From a virus (lineage: Duplodnaviria > Caudoviricetes), in the IMG/VR virus record IMGVR_UViG_3300033074_001883, positions 16,046-80,045 of that record: a stretch of 64,000 bases of DNA. One strand, given 5' to 3'. Within the stretch, counting starts at the first letter, position 1. Every line of letters begins with the position of its first letter. Positions 54,275 to 63,922 of this stretch are shown in pieces. Position numbers and translations under genes: made by a program. Under the pieces are notes generated by a model, which was not told where the DNA came from, did not search any database, and saw nothing but the letters and a program-made list of their open reading frames with translations.

Positions 54275-54870
54275 ACCCTCCCACGCTTCGTTGCCGTCGC
54301 TTTGTTTCGCTGCCGCCCTTTTTGCACCATGTCGAGCACGTTGTCACGTTGCGACCCGAGGAAGAGATGCGACGGTCGAACGCAGAGCGGGTTGTCGCAT
54401 CGGTGAAGCACACTCATCCCCTTTGGCACCGGGCGCTCGTTTGCGAGCACCCACGAGAAGCGATGCGCTCTGACGTAGTTGGACCCCCCTCCAAGGTGGA
54501 ACTCGCCGTAGCCGAACTTATGGCCGCCCGCCTGCCACACCCAGCAGCCCTTGGCCTTTCGAACCTTCGACCAGAAACGAGTCCCGGGATCCGACGGAGG
54601 GTTGCGCGCCGAGGACCTCAGTGGCGCGAGCCGAAGGTGCGCTGGCTTCACGCAGAGCTTGTCCCCGCAGGCCTGAAGGACGACTTGCCCCGCAGGAACA
54701 GGGCCGTTGGCCAGTTCCCACGAGACGCGGTGAGCCATCGACGACCGATCGTTCCACCGAAAGGCCCCGTACCCAAGCGTCTTGCCCGCCAACCATCGCC
54801 AGCAAGCGGGGCCTTTGTGCACCTTCGCCCAGAACAGTTCCATCGAAGACCTCATATCACGGCGCTTCAC
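54271..54870 (-). CDS. HNH endonuclease with a tandem duplicated domain
   Basis: Two FW.KV..CW.W..GYG.F..AHR.SW.LAN repeats; second has VLHRCDNPLCVRPSHL..GSQRDN. Confidence 0.85.
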   Translation of the reverse strand: MKRRDMRSSMELFWAKVHKGPACWRWLAGKTLGYGAFRWNDRSSMAHRVSWELANGPVPAGQVVLQACGDKLCVKPAHLRLAPLRSSARNPPSDPGTRFWSKVRKAKGCWVWQAGGHKFGYGEFHLGGGSNYVRAHRFSWVLANERPVPKGMSVLHRCDNPLCVRPSHLFLGSQRDNVLDMVQKGRQRNKATATKRGRV

Positions 54871-56684
54871 TTTGAGGTGACAATTCGACTCAGGCCGTTC
54901 TTCTTCACGACCTTCATCTTCTTGGAGAAGTAGGCGGCGAGGTCGTTTCGTTGAGTAATCACGAGGACCATGTCCTTCTTGCGGCACTCTTCGACGAGGA
55001 GTTCCATCATCGTTTCCTGCGCGGTCTCGTCGAGCGCATCGAAAACCTCGTCGAAGCACCCGAAGCGGATCTGCTCAGCCGAGCGCGAGGCCGCGAGTGC
55101 TTGGAACGCGAAGAAGACGGCCGCGTCAATCTTCCGGCGTTCACCACCCGAACTCCCCTCGTAGGCGTCGGCCCCGTAGCGGTTCTTCGCCTTGAGCCCG
55201 TACGACTCTCGCTGCTCACCGCTCTTGAGAGTCGAGGTGGTCTCGAACTCCACCGAGATGGCACCGTCAGTCAGGAAGCGTGAGTAGTACGCGAGCTTCT
55301 TGTTGAGGAACGGCGCGACGCTCTCGACGAGGAGACCCTTGAGCGGAGGGAGACCGGGCCCGCCCTTGTCCGAGAACATCGCGACGACGAACTCCCGCAG
55401 CTTCACTTCACCGAGCTTGACCTTGGCCTTCTTGGCGACCGATGCGTTGGCGGCTTCGGCCTCGGCGATCTTCGCCTTGAACTTGCTCACCGCCTTCTCG
55501 TGCGGGTTGGTCGCACTCCTCGCCTCCTCCAGTCTCGTCTCACTCTCGCTCGCCCGGGCGTTGGCGGCCGTGATGTTGGCCATCTCGGTCTTGAGTGTGT
55601 CGACGACGTCCGACGCTTGCTTAACGAGGGCGCGCGCCTCGTTGCGTGCGGTACGTGCCTTCAGCCTCTTCGCTGAGGTATCCGCGACAACCTCGTTCGC
55701 GGTGGCGAGGTCCTTCTCCATCTCCTTCCGGTGGCGGGCCACGTTCTTCGCGTCGACGGCGGCTCCGCACGACTGGCACATGCCGGTCGTCTGCGTCGTC
55801 AGCTTGTCCATGGCGCGTTCGAGCGCCGAGGCCTCGGCCATCGCGGTGGCGACCTCGCGGTCGGCCTTCTCCAACGCCTTTGACTTGGCCTCCTCGTCTT
55901 GGACCGCGACGGCGAAGAGGTCCTTCGCCTCTTGCAGTTGCTTAACCACCTTGGTTGTCGAGATGCCCGGGACCATGGCCGCTTCGAGCTTCTTGATGAG
56001 CTTGGCTTGGAGGCCACCCCACTCGTCACGCTCGCGTTCGGCGTCCTTCAGGAAGCTCTCCATGGTCGTCGTGTCGACCCGCTTCGCTTCGAGGTCGCGC
56101 CACTCTTGCGTCGTCGCGATGAGGTCGGCCTTGGCCGCCTTGTGCGCGTCGACGAGTTGCTGGATGCCGACGAGCTTGTCGATGACCGCCTTCATCTCCT
56201 TGTCGGTCATGGACGCGAAGTGCTTCAACTGGCCTTGGCCGAACACCACCGCGCTCGTGAACGTCTCAAAGTCCATGCCCACAGCTTGGATGATGTGCTC
56301 CTCCGTCGCCGAGGTCTCGTTCGCGGTGAGCCCCGCCTTGCCGCCGATGAACTCCAGTCGGTTCTTCTCGGTGGGGTCCTTCCGGTGGCGGATGACCTTG
56401 AACGACTCGCCGTTGTCGTTGGTGAAGCTCACCTCGACACGGCAGCCTGACTTCACCTTCCGGTTCACCACGTCGTCGCCGCTCACACCTCGGAGCGTCG
56501 CGCCGTATAGCGCCCAGAGGAGCGCCTCGCTGATGGACGACTTGCCACTCCCGTTGTTCGCGACCGTCGCGTCGTCGAGGTTCTCCCCCTCGACGAGCAC
56601 GAGCCCGCGCTTCCCGAGCTTGACGACTTGCTCGTCCGGACCAAACGACAGAAAGCCTCGGATCCTCAGTTCTTCGAATCGCAT
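54867..56684 (-). CDS. Rad50/SbcC/gp46-like ATPase
   Basis: GFLSF, NNGSGKSS, VFGQG, central CQSCG zinc hook, SSGGERRK, CFDEVFDALD. Confidence 0.9.
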   Translation of the reverse strand: MRFEELRIRGFLSFGPDEQVVKLGKRGLVLVEGENLDDATVANNGSGKSSISEALLWALYGATLRGVSGDDVVNRKVKSGCRVEVSFTNDNGESFKVIRHRKDPTEKNRLEFIGGKAGLTANETSATEEHIIQAVGMDFETFTSAVVFGQGQLKHFASMTDKEMKAVIDKLVGIQQLVDAHKAAKADLIATTQEWRDLEAKRVDTTTMESFLKDAERERDEWGGLQAKLIKKLEAAMVPGISTTKVVKQLQEAKDLFAVAVQDEEAKSKALEKADREVATAMAEASALERAMDKLTTQTTGMCQSCGAAVDAKNVARHRKEMEKDLATANEVVADTSAKRLKARTARNEARALVKQASDVVDTLKTEMANITAANARASESETRLEEARSATNPHEKAVSKFKAKIAEAEAANASVAKKAKVKLGEVKLREFVVAMFSDKGGPGLPPLKGLLVESVAPFLNKKLAYYSRFLTDGAISVEFETTSTLKSGEQRESYGLKAKNRYGADAYEGSSGGERRKIDAAVFFAFQALAASRSAEQIRFGCFDEVFDALDETAQETMMELLVEECRKKDMVLVITQRNDLAAYFSKKMKVVKKNGLSRIVTSK

Positions 56685-57406
56685 CACCACTCCGCTTCGC
56701 TTGCACGTAGGTTAGCCAACGCAACGCTCTCATCGTCAGGTTCACGCGCCCGTCGGAACGGGTCCTCCGAAAGCCGGAAGCGCACCTCGGTCCACGGGGT
56801 GTCAGGCTCGCCGCCGTGGGCGGTTCGCGTTCGGAGTTGGAAGAGGAACTGCCGGTTCGACAGGTCTGGCGGAAAGTAGTTAGCCCCCGTCTTGAGCGGG
56901 TAGCTCAGGCTCGAGTTGCCGACGCGTGATTCGAGGATTTCGATGATGCCGCCTTGCGGCAGCGGCTCCGGTCCAACTACAGCGTGCACCGAGGCACTCG
57001 CTTTGAAGCCGAAGCCGTTCTTGGGCAGGGCTGGTCGGCAGGACTCGTACTTCAGGAGGGTGGAGAGCTTGTCGACGTCAAAGGCGTCTTCGCCACCCGG
57101 ACCGGGTATCAGAAACGGTCCCGCTGGGGCGAGCGTGAACCCTCGATGCCCGGTGACTGGCCGAACGCTGACGTTGAGACCGCCGAGGTTGAACACGAGG
57201 TCGGCGATGCCCGGCTCGTTGTAGCGAATGCGCTCGTTTGTGTTGTCGAGGTAGGCCTTCTGCTGCGGATTGCAGAAGAGGTTAGTCGACTTGCCTCTGG
57301 TACCTAACTCGAAGCCTTGCCGGAGAATGGTGTTGTGCCATCGCATGAGGTACTCGAAGAAGTCCGAGTAGGTCAGGAGCGGCAGCCCGTCGTTGCCGAG
57401 GTCCAT
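56684..57406 (-). CDS. Unknown protein between the Mre11- and Rad50-like genes
   Basis: 240 aa, coupled on both sides (TAA-C-ATG; TGATG). Confidence 0.6.
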   Translation of the reverse strand: MDLGNDGLPLLTYSDFFEYLMRWHNTILRQGFELGTRGKSTNLFCNPQQKAYLDNTNERIRYNEPGIADLVFNLGGLNVSVRPVTGHRGFTLAPAGPFLIPGPGGEDAFDVDKLSTLLKYESCRPALPKNGFGFKASASVHAVVGPEPLPQGGIIEILESRVGNSSLSYPLKTGANYFPPDLSNRQFLFQLRTRTAHGGEPDTPWTEVRFRLSEDPFRRAREPDDESVALANLRASEAEW

Positions 57407-57407
57407 G

Positions 57408-58463
57408 TTAGTGGCCCTCCAAGTAGCGGAGCGCGAGCGCCTTGAGTTCGTCCGCGTCGAGGTCGTCAGGCGCGTACTCCTCGACGTAGTTCTCGACGAG
57501 CTTCTTCGGGCTCATCGACGGCTTCACGTTCAGCCGCTGCTCGACCGTCTTGTCCTTGAGCACCGGGATGGGCACCACCGACTCCGCGCCCGCCTTGAGC
57601 ACATTCTTGACGACGTCGTCCGCGTCGACGAGGTCGGGGTCGTACTCCACCTCGACGAACTGGCCTTCGACCACGGGCTCTTGCACCTCTGCGTACGTCA
57701 TCGACAAGAACTCCGGCAGCCCGAGCGGATGGTTGCGGAACTTCTTCGTCTCGGTGTCGTAGGTGAGGAAGCCCTTCTCCGTCTCACCGGCCTCGCCTCG
57801 GGAGTGTTGAAGCGGCGAGCCGATGTACCAGCACTTCTCCGCCATCTTCTGTCGACGATGGTAGTGGCCGAAGAAGCGGAAGTCGTAGTCGGTCGGCACG
57901 TCGCTCACGTCGAGTTCTTCCTCCGGCTGGTACTCGACGGGACCGGTCTTGGCTCCGTTGAGTGCGCCGTGTGCCACGAGGAGGGTTGGAGGGGCACCCG
58001 TGCCGCAGGGTTCAGGAGCGAGCGCCTTCTTGAACTCCTTCGCGTCCTCCATGTACGGGACGAAGCGCACCACGAGGCGCTCCCTCCCTTGGACAAGCAA
58101 CGCCGTCGTCGGCGTGTCGTAGACGGCAGCCACGCGCGAGAAGGCCTTCACGGAGTGCACGTCGCCCGCGAGCGTGGCTTGGTCGTGGTTACCCACAACG
58201 AGGTGAAGCTCCAGCCCGTTCTGCCCGAAGAGCGCGACCTCCTCGTAGACCGCTTGGTAGAGGCCGACCGAGAGCGTCGCCTTCTTGTGGAAGAGGTCGC
58301 CACCGAAGAGCACGTGCTTGATGCCCTCCGCTTTGCAGTGCTCACGGATGCTACGCATCACGGTGAGCGCGTTCTCAAGGCGGGAGTTCCGGCCGTTCGG
58401 GAGGATGCGAGAGAAGTCCTTGAACGGGTGAGCGTGCAGGTCAGAGAAGAGCGCGACCTTCAT
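57408..58463 (-). CDS. Mre11/SbcD/gp47-like nuclease
   Basis: FSDLH, GGDLFH, VVGNHD, VAHG, FFGHYH, YIGSPLQ. Confidence 0.9.
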   Translation of the reverse strand: MKVALFSDLHAHPFKDFSRILPNGRNSRLENALTVMRSIREHCKAEGIKHVLFGGDLFHKKATLSVGLYQAVYEEVALFGQNGLELHLVVGNHDQATLAGDVHSVKAFSRVAAVYDTPTTALLVQGRERLVVRFVPYMEDAKEFKKALAPEPCGTGAPPTLLVAHGALNGAKTGPVEYQPEEELDVSDVPTDYDFRFFGHYHRRQKMAEKCWYIGSPLQHSRGEAGETEKGFLTYDTETKKFRNHPLGLPEFLSMTYAEVQEPVVEGQFVEVEYDPDLVDADDVVKNVLKAGAESVVPIPVLKDKTVEQRLNVKPSMSPKKLVENYVEEYAPDDLDADELKALALRYLEGH

Positions 58464-58642
58464 GACTTCCTCCGTGGCTTCTTCGTCTTCGTCTTCTTCG
58501 CCTTCAACTCGTCGATCTCTCGGAGCAAGCCGGGCACCATGTCGGCGAGCATCGCGCAACACGTGCCGCAGTACTGCCACGCGGTGTACCCGTGAGTGCA
58601 CTTCAGGCTGAGCTTACCGTCCACGAGCTTGGGCTCAGCCAC
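58460..58642 (-). CDS. Small Cys-containing protein
   Basis: GTG start overlapping the upstream stop; KCTHG..YCGTCC. Confidence 0.45.
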   Translation of the reverse strand: MAEPKLVDGKLSLKCTHGYTAWQYCGTCCAMLADMVPGLLREIDELKAKKTKTKKPRRKS

Positions 58643-59144
58643 GGCGCACCTCCGGAGCCGACGCCTTGAAGTGCTTCGTCGCGCCCGGGCACTGCCGGTG
58701 CTCGGCGAGGGCGCGGAGGCCACCGTCCGAGTGGTAGGCCGTGTTGTGGCACACGAACTCGCCGTTCCGGCTCACCTGCTGCTTCACGTTGAAGCGCGCG
58801 TAGGCGGTCTCTTCCTTAGTCGCGGGGCGTCCGAGGAGCTTCGAGGCGAGGGCACCGAAGCCCTCATCGTTGCCGTCGAGGAACGGGCAACTCGGGCACT
58901 GCACCGCAAGCTCCGGCGTGCGTGGCATGAAGAGGTCGCGCGGGTTCGGCTTCGCCTCCTTCATGCACGTGAGGCAGACCGACTTCGTCGCCTTCGGAGC
59001 GAGGCCTCCGCTCTTCTCGACCTGCTCATGTCCGCACGAGAGCATTCGGATGACCGGGTACCTCATCTCGTGTCGGTACATGCGGCCGACCTTGGAATTC
59101 TTACGGCTAACAATGTCCCTGAAGAACGACTTCACTTTGCTCAT
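58635..59144 (-). CDS. Zinc-binding protein (DUF6283-like C-terminal domain)
   Basis: LSCGH..VCLTC, then QCPSCPF..EFVCH..QCPG. Confidence 0.55.
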   Translation of the reverse strand: MSKVKSFFRDIVSRKNSKVGRMYRHEMRYPVIRMLSCGHEQVEKSGGLAPKATKSVCLTCMKEAKPNPRDLFMPRTPELAVQCPSCPFLDGNDEGFGALASKLLGRPATKEETAYARFNVKQQVSRNGEFVCHNTAYHSDGGLRALAEHRQCPGATKHFKASAPEVRRG

Positions 59145-59188
59145 TTTGGTTACTGTCCTTTCCCACGAGTCCACGAAACGAAACCACC

Positions 59189-59578
59189 CTACCACGCCGC
59201 GTCGTCTTGTCTCTTCTTCGCGAGCTTCTCGACTTGCTTGCGCTCCTCCGCCTCCTTCTCCGCCTTGGCCTTCGCCTCCAGCTTCGTCTTGACCGCCGCC
59301 TTGAGCTTGGCCACCTCGACCGTCGAACGGAGGAGCGGCGAAATCACGGGCTCAGCAGGCGTCGCCACCTCACCGCCCCCTTGGTGCTCGTAGAGGAGTG
59401 CGGCTTTGAGGTAGTCGTGCAGGTGCTTCGGGAGGTCCTCGAACTTCATCACGACGCGCTCGATGTACCAGCGGCCATCCTTCGTCGCGAGGACGTCGTC
59501 GAGGAATTGGTCGCGGTACTTCCCGAAGGTGAAGAAGACGCGCCCATTGGCCGATCTGAACCACCGGTTTGACTGCAT
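59189..59578 (-). CDS. DUF3820 / exonuclease X C-terminal-like protein
   Basis: FTFGKYRDQFLDDV..WY motif. Confidence 0.55.
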   Translation of the reverse strand: MQSNRWFRSANGRVFFTFGKYRDQFLDDVLATKDGRWYIERVVMKFEDLPKHLHDYLKAALLYEHQGGGEVATPAEPVISPLLRSTVEVAKLKAAVKTKLEAKAKAEKEAEERKQVEKLAKKRQDDAAW

Positions 59579-59582
59579 TGTG

Positions 59583-60482
59583 TTAGCCACGATTTCCTCC
59601 GAGCGCCTTGAGGCGGTGGAACTGCGTGAGCAGCTTGTTCATCTCCCACGAATGGAGGAGCTTGAGCGCCTCCTTCTTGCTCGGCTTCAGCGTCAGCCAC
59701 TTGAGCGGTGCGTTGGTCTCGATGGTCGCGAGCTTCTCGCACGTGCGCACGAGGTCGACGTGCGCTGTGAGCTTCTTGAGGTGGTCGGGCTTGAACGACT
59801 TGACGAGGCTGAGGTGTGTGAGGATTTGGTCAAGGGAGCCCCACTTCTGGAGAAGCTCCGCAGCGCCCTTCTCTCCGATGCCCGGACACCCGGGGTAACC
59901 GTCGCCCGGGTCGCCGACGATGGCCTTGTAGTCGATGAACCGCTTCGGCAGCACACCGAATTCCTCGTGCACGAGCTTGGGCGTCATGACGGTGATGTCG
60001 CCGTTCTGTCGAGGCCGGAGCATCGAGACGTTGTCGGTCACGCACTGGAGGAGGTCACGGTCCCCGGTGAGGATGTTCACGCGGAATGTGTCGCCGTAGC
60101 GCGTCGCGAGCGTGCCCATCACGTCGTCAGCCTCCCACCCGGGGGCGCGGGCTTGCCGCACGCCGAGTGCCCTGAAGAGCGCGTGGAGGCCCTTCTGCTG
60201 CGTCCACACGCGGTCGGTCGACTCCTTCCTCGCTTCGGTCGCCTCCGCCGTGCGCGCCTTGTAGCCGGGGTAGATGGCGCGGCGGTTCCTCGGACCGGCC
60301 TTCCAGTCGTCCCAGCAGATGATGGTCTCGTCGGCCGGGTGCTCGACGACGACCCGGAGCAGCATCGTCAGGAAGCCGTGCGTCGCTCCCGTGGGGATGC
60401 CGTTCTTCGTGACGAGGTCGCCCATCGCGGACTCGGCTCGCCAGAGAAGGTTCTTCGCATCGACTAACAGCTTCGTCTTCAT
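59583..60482 (-). CDS. 5'-3' exonuclease / flap endonuclease
   Basis: LLVDAKNL, ICWD, RRAIYPGYKARR-type motif, WEADDVMG, LTGDRDLLQ, IVGDPGDGYPGCPGIGEKGA. Confidence 0.92.
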   Translation of the reverse strand: MKTKLLVDAKNLLWRAESAMGDLVTKNGIPTGATHGFLTMLLRVVVEHPADETIICWDDWKAGPRNRRAIYPGYKARTAEATEARKESTDRVWTQQKGLHALFRALGVRQARAPGWEADDVMGTLATRYGDTFRVNILTGDRDLLQCVTDNVSMLRPRQNGDITVMTPKLVHEEFGVLPKRFIDYKAIVGDPGDGYPGCPGIGEKGAAELLQKWGSLDQILTHLSLVKSFKPDHLKKLTAHVDLVRTCEKLATIETNAPLKWLTLKPSKKEALKLLHSWEMNKLLTQFHRLKALGGNRG

Positions 60483-60745
60483 GGTCTCCACCTTGGGTCG
60501 TAGACTTCGAGGGCCTTCCGTGCGTGACACGAGGTGCACAAGCACACCGTGCCGCAGTTCCGCTTGTTGCAACGCTCGGTGGCGATGCCACGGAGCGCTT
60601 CGACCATGTGGCGACTCGCGGTCACGAAGTCACGCAACGTGAGGCCGCGTCGGGTCAACTCGTCGGAGAGGTCAAAGCCAGCTTGCATCACCTCTCCATC
60701 GGAGAACGGCCAGATGCCCGCTCGTGCTTCCGGGTTGCTGGGCAT
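60479..60745 (-). CDS. Hypothetical protein with Cys-rich C-terminus
   Basis: 88 aa; CNKRNCGTVCLCTSC. Confidence 0.5.
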   Translation of the reverse strand: MPSNPEARAGIWPFSDGEVMQAGFDLSDELTRRGLTLRDFVTASRHMVEALRGIATERCNKRNCGTVCLCTSCHARKALEVYDPRWRP

Positions 60746-60747
60746 GG

Positions 60748-61728
60748 TTAACCGACCTCGTAGGTCTTCGAGAGTGCTTCGACGACGTCGGTCGGCCCCT
60801 TCCAGAACGGGTCGATCCACTGACGACGACGGAGCGCCCGCGCCTCGCCGTAGGACTGGTTGCGCCAGTGACCGCGTACGATGAACCTGTGAATGAGGCT
60901 TCTCGAAGTCCCGCCGTTGGACTCGGAGAGCTTCAGTGCCTCCCGCATCTGCGGTGAGAGCTTCACCACACGGCCGACGTCGTAGAGCGGTTGCACCGGG
61001 TGAATACGCTCAACAGGGGCACGCGTCAGGCTGTGATGAACGGCGACTGGGAGTGGCCCGGCCGCTTCGATGTACGAGAAGACGTTGCAAAGGAGGAAGC
61101 GGAGCTTGCGCGTAAGCTCCGACTCGCCTGTGTCGAGTGGGCGTGTGGCGAGGTCCCCTGCTGGCTTGTCGAGGATGGAGTTCGGTTCGAGAAGTTGGCG
61201 GCGCGTCATGCCGACAGGCCACTGTGTGAAGATTGGATCCGACCCAAGGACGAGGGTGGCGCGGTAGTACGGCCACGTCGTCTGGAGGTGACCTTCCACA
61301 GCAAGAACCTGCGGGGCCTTGTAGACGAACGCGCGCGTCGCTACCCCAAACGCGGGAGAGGGTGGAAACGAGACCGTGAACGAGTCGAACGGCATGTACA
61401 GCGGCTCATCCGTGGGGTCGCCGAAGTCGGTGAGGAGAATGGACTTGAAGAAGTCCGGCGTCAGGCTGAAGTGAGGTCTACCGGCGCGCCCCCACATCAA
61501 GAGCGCCATGTAGAACGGGACGGTCTCGTGAGCGAGTTGCTGCACAGAGACGCCGGTCCGGATAGCGGCTCGGGCGAGGTTCACCGCGATGTCTTCGACG
61601 ACTTGTTCGAGGGTGCGGCCGTGGTGCCTCTTCACGATGGCCTCCGTGTGCACCTTCCACATCGCGTGCTCTCCGGTGGCTACGGCGTACGACGGTTGCA
61701 GAATGTCTTCTACGCTGAACTGAATCAT
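60748..61728 (-). CDS. Conserved phage hypothetical protein
   Basis: 326 aa; C-terminal VRGHWRNQSYG..WIDPFWKG motif. Confidence 0.65.
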   Translation of the reverse strand: MIQFSVEDILQPSYAVATGEHAMWKVHTEAIVKRHHGRTLEQVVEDIAVNLARAAIRTGVSVQQLAHETVPFYMALLMWGRAGRPHFSLTPDFFKSILLTDFGDPTDEPLYMPFDSFTVSFPPSPAFGVATRAFVYKAPQVLAVEGHLQTTWPYYRATLVLGSDPIFTQWPVGMTRRQLLEPNSILDKPAGDLATRPLDTGESELTRKLRFLLCNVFSYIEAAGPLPVAVHHSLTRAPVERIHPVQPLYDVGRVVKLSPQMREALKLSESNGGTSRSLIHRFIVRGHWRNQSYGEARALRRRQWIDPFWKGPTDVVEALSKTYEVG

Positions 61729-61750
61729 TGGTGGTTCCCGTTCGATGTTA

Positions 61751-61787
61751 ACAACAAAGGGAGGCCGGTTGGTCCCCGGCCTCCCTT
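61751..61787 (-). terminator. Rho-independent terminator
   Basis: 12-bp stem AAGGGAGGCCGG/CCGGCCTCCCTT followed by TGTTGTT on the minus strand. Confidence 0.75.
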
Positions 61788-61810
61788 GCTCACTTCAGTC
61801 CGACTTCACG

Positions 61811-62263
61811 TCACGTACCGAGCGCGGCTTCGTCGACCTTCGGCTGTTGCCACACCACCGGGGCCGACGCCTCCGCGACGACCTTGACCGCCGTCTTCGC
61901 CTTGACGGCCTTGTCGGCCTTCTTGGCCTGCTTCTTCAGGCGCTCGGCGAGCTTCTTGGCCTTCTCCGCCACACGTTCGTCCTTCTCCCGCGCCTTGTCG
62001 AGGAGGCGGCCGAAGGCACTGAAGCGCTTCGCATCGGCGAGGGTGTGCTTGGCGTCATCGACGGAGACGTAGATCGTGGGGACGTAGCGGTTGTACGCCA
62101 CGCTGCGAACGTTCTCACCACCGCGCTTCTCCAACTTCATCATCTCCTTCTCGAAGTCCCGCTGGATCTTCAGACCGTCCTTCTGGAGTGCCGCAATGCG
62201 CTGCTGGTACTCCGCCACCGCCTCGAACAACTCTGCCATCTTCTGAATGTTATCGCTCACCAC
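61811..62263 (-). CDS. Basic hypothetical protein
   Basis: 150 aa, helical, Lys/Ala-rich. Confidence 0.6.
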   Translation of the reverse strand: MVSDNIQKMAELFEAVAEYQQRIAALQKDGLKIQRDFEKEMMKLEKRGGENVRSVAYNRYVPTIYVSVDDAKHTLADAKRFSAFGRLLDKAREKDERVAEKAKKLAERLKKQAKKADKAVKAKTAVKVVAEASAPVVWQQPKVDEAALGT

Positions 62264-62300
62264 GTGCCTCGTTCGTTAACCTACGGGTTGGACTGCTACT

Positions 62301-62906
62301 TCACTTCACATGCTTCCACGTTTGACGGCTGAGCACCTGCCCCACGTTGCTCGCGGACGTCTGAAACAGAGCCGCGAGTTGATGATGCGTTTGGCCCTTC
62401 GAAGCGAGCTTTCGCATCTTTCGAACGGCTTCGTCCGTGAGGACTGCTTTGCCTGACTTCTCGCCGCGCGCCATCCGGCCTCGGAGAAGCGCGTCTTTCG
62501 CATTCTCGCTTCGAGTCCCGTACCGCAGGTGGGAAGGCCGCACGCACGCTTGGTTGTCGCACGAGTGGAGGGCGCACTGCCCGGGCTTGATTGGGAGGCT
62601 CTTGAACAGAAGGAGCGAGACATGGGTGGCTCGCACGAGCTTCCCGTTATCCGGGTTGTGCATCTGACCATAGCCTGAAACCGACTTGGCCCCGATCCAC
62701 GTCCAGCACCGCGTGGACATGCCCGGCATCGTCGGCCCCTTCTTGTCGACCTTCACGCTGAAGCGGTCGATGAGCGGCCGGTCTTTGGCGTAGACCGGTG
62801 GCGCAGGACGAAGTTCGCCGTCACGACGCTTTTGAAGGTAGTGGTACTGGCACCACCCCGAGGCGTAGTAGCCGCGAGGGCACTCCGGGAATGAGCAGGG
62901 TTTCAT
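62301..62906 (-). CDS. HNH endonuclease with N-terminal zinc finger and C-terminal HTH
   Basis: [42 protein letters not shown]. Confidence 0.88.
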   Translation of the reverse strand: MKPCSFPECPRGYYASGWCQYHYLQKRRDGELRPAPPVYAKDRPLIDRFSVKVDKKGPTMPGMSTRCWTWIGAKSVSGYGQMHNPDNGKLVRATHVSLLLFKSLPIKPGQCALHSCDNQACVRPSHLRYGTRSENAKDALLRGRMARGEKSGKAVLTDEAVRKMRKLASKGQTHHQLAALFQTSASNVGQVLSRQTWKHVK

Positions 62907-63922
62907 TTCTTACCGTACCTCGCAGCGTCTTCGAGTTTGTCCTTCTTGATCTGCGCCTTCGAGGGGATGGACACCCCCTTGCCATAGAGGATATCGTATA
63001 CCACGTAGCGGAACGGCGACGCCACCTTGTTCTTGATGGTCTCCATCTTCACGCGCGCACCGATGCTGCGGCGCTCACCGTCGGGTCCGGTGCGCGTGAG
63101 CTTCTTGATGCGGCGGATGTCGCACCGAATCGACGCGTAGAACTTGAGCGCGTTCCCACCGGGCGTCGTCTCCGGGCTGCCGAACATCACGCCGATCTTC
63201 ATGCGAATCTGGTTAATGAAGATGACGGTGGGGCCGCCCGGCTTGAGGAGCCCGTTCAGCTTCCGGCAGGCTTGCGACATGAGCCGAGCTTGGAGGCCCA
63301 TGTGAGCGTCACCCATCTCGCCCTTGAGTTCCTTCGCGGGCGTGAGCGCTGCCACCGAGTCGATGATGATGAGGTCGAGGCCCTTGCGCACGTAGGCCTC
63401 CGCTTGGTTGAGCGCCTCCTCGCCAGTCTCGGGTTGGGTTAGCAACACGTTGTCCATGTCGACCCCCAGCGAGCGCGCGTAGGTGATGTCGAGTGCGTGC
63501 TCGACGTCGATGATGGCGGCAACGCCGCCCTTCCGCTGGCAATTCGCGGCGAGCATGAGCGCGAGCGAGGTCTTGCCGCTCGCCTCGGGTCCGATGATTT
63601 CGATCATCCGGCCGCGCGGGATGCCGAGCCCAGAGCCGGGCACGGTCTCCATGTTAGCGTCGATGCCGCCAGTCAGGACGTCGTCGATTTCTTGGAAGCC
63701 GGTGCTCAAGCCGCCCGCCGAAAGGTCGCGGTCTTCAGCTTCGTTAACCTCGATGAGCACGGGTCCGAACCCTTTGGTTCGGGAGAGTGCCGACGCGAGG
63801 GCCTTGGCCTTCTTCGCGGTCGTTGGGTCGCTCCGGAAAGGCCCCTTCCCATGGCGGTCGATATGGGCCTTCCGGAGGGTTCCCGGGGGGGTGGGAGGGG
63901 TGTTTTTGGGGCTTTTCGGCAT
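62903..63922 (-). CDS. recA: RecA recombinase
   Basis: [80 protein letters not shown]. Confidence 0.97.
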   Translation of the reverse strand: MPKSPKNTPPTPPGTLRKAHIDRHGKGPFRSDPTTAKKAKALASALSRTKGFGPVLIEVNEAEDRDLSAGGLSTGFQEIDDVLTGGIDANMETVPGSGLGIPRGRMIEIIGPEASGKTSLALMLAANCQRKGGVAAIIDVEHALDITYARSLGVDMDNVLLTQPETGEEALNQAEAYVRKGLDLIIIDSVAALTPAKELKGEMGDAHMGLQARLMSQACRKLNGLLKPGGPTVIFINQIRMKIGVMFGSPETTPGGNALKFYASIRCDIRRIKKLTRTGPDGERRSIGARVKMETIKNKVASPFRYVVYDILYGKGVSIPSKAQIKKDKLEDAARYGKK

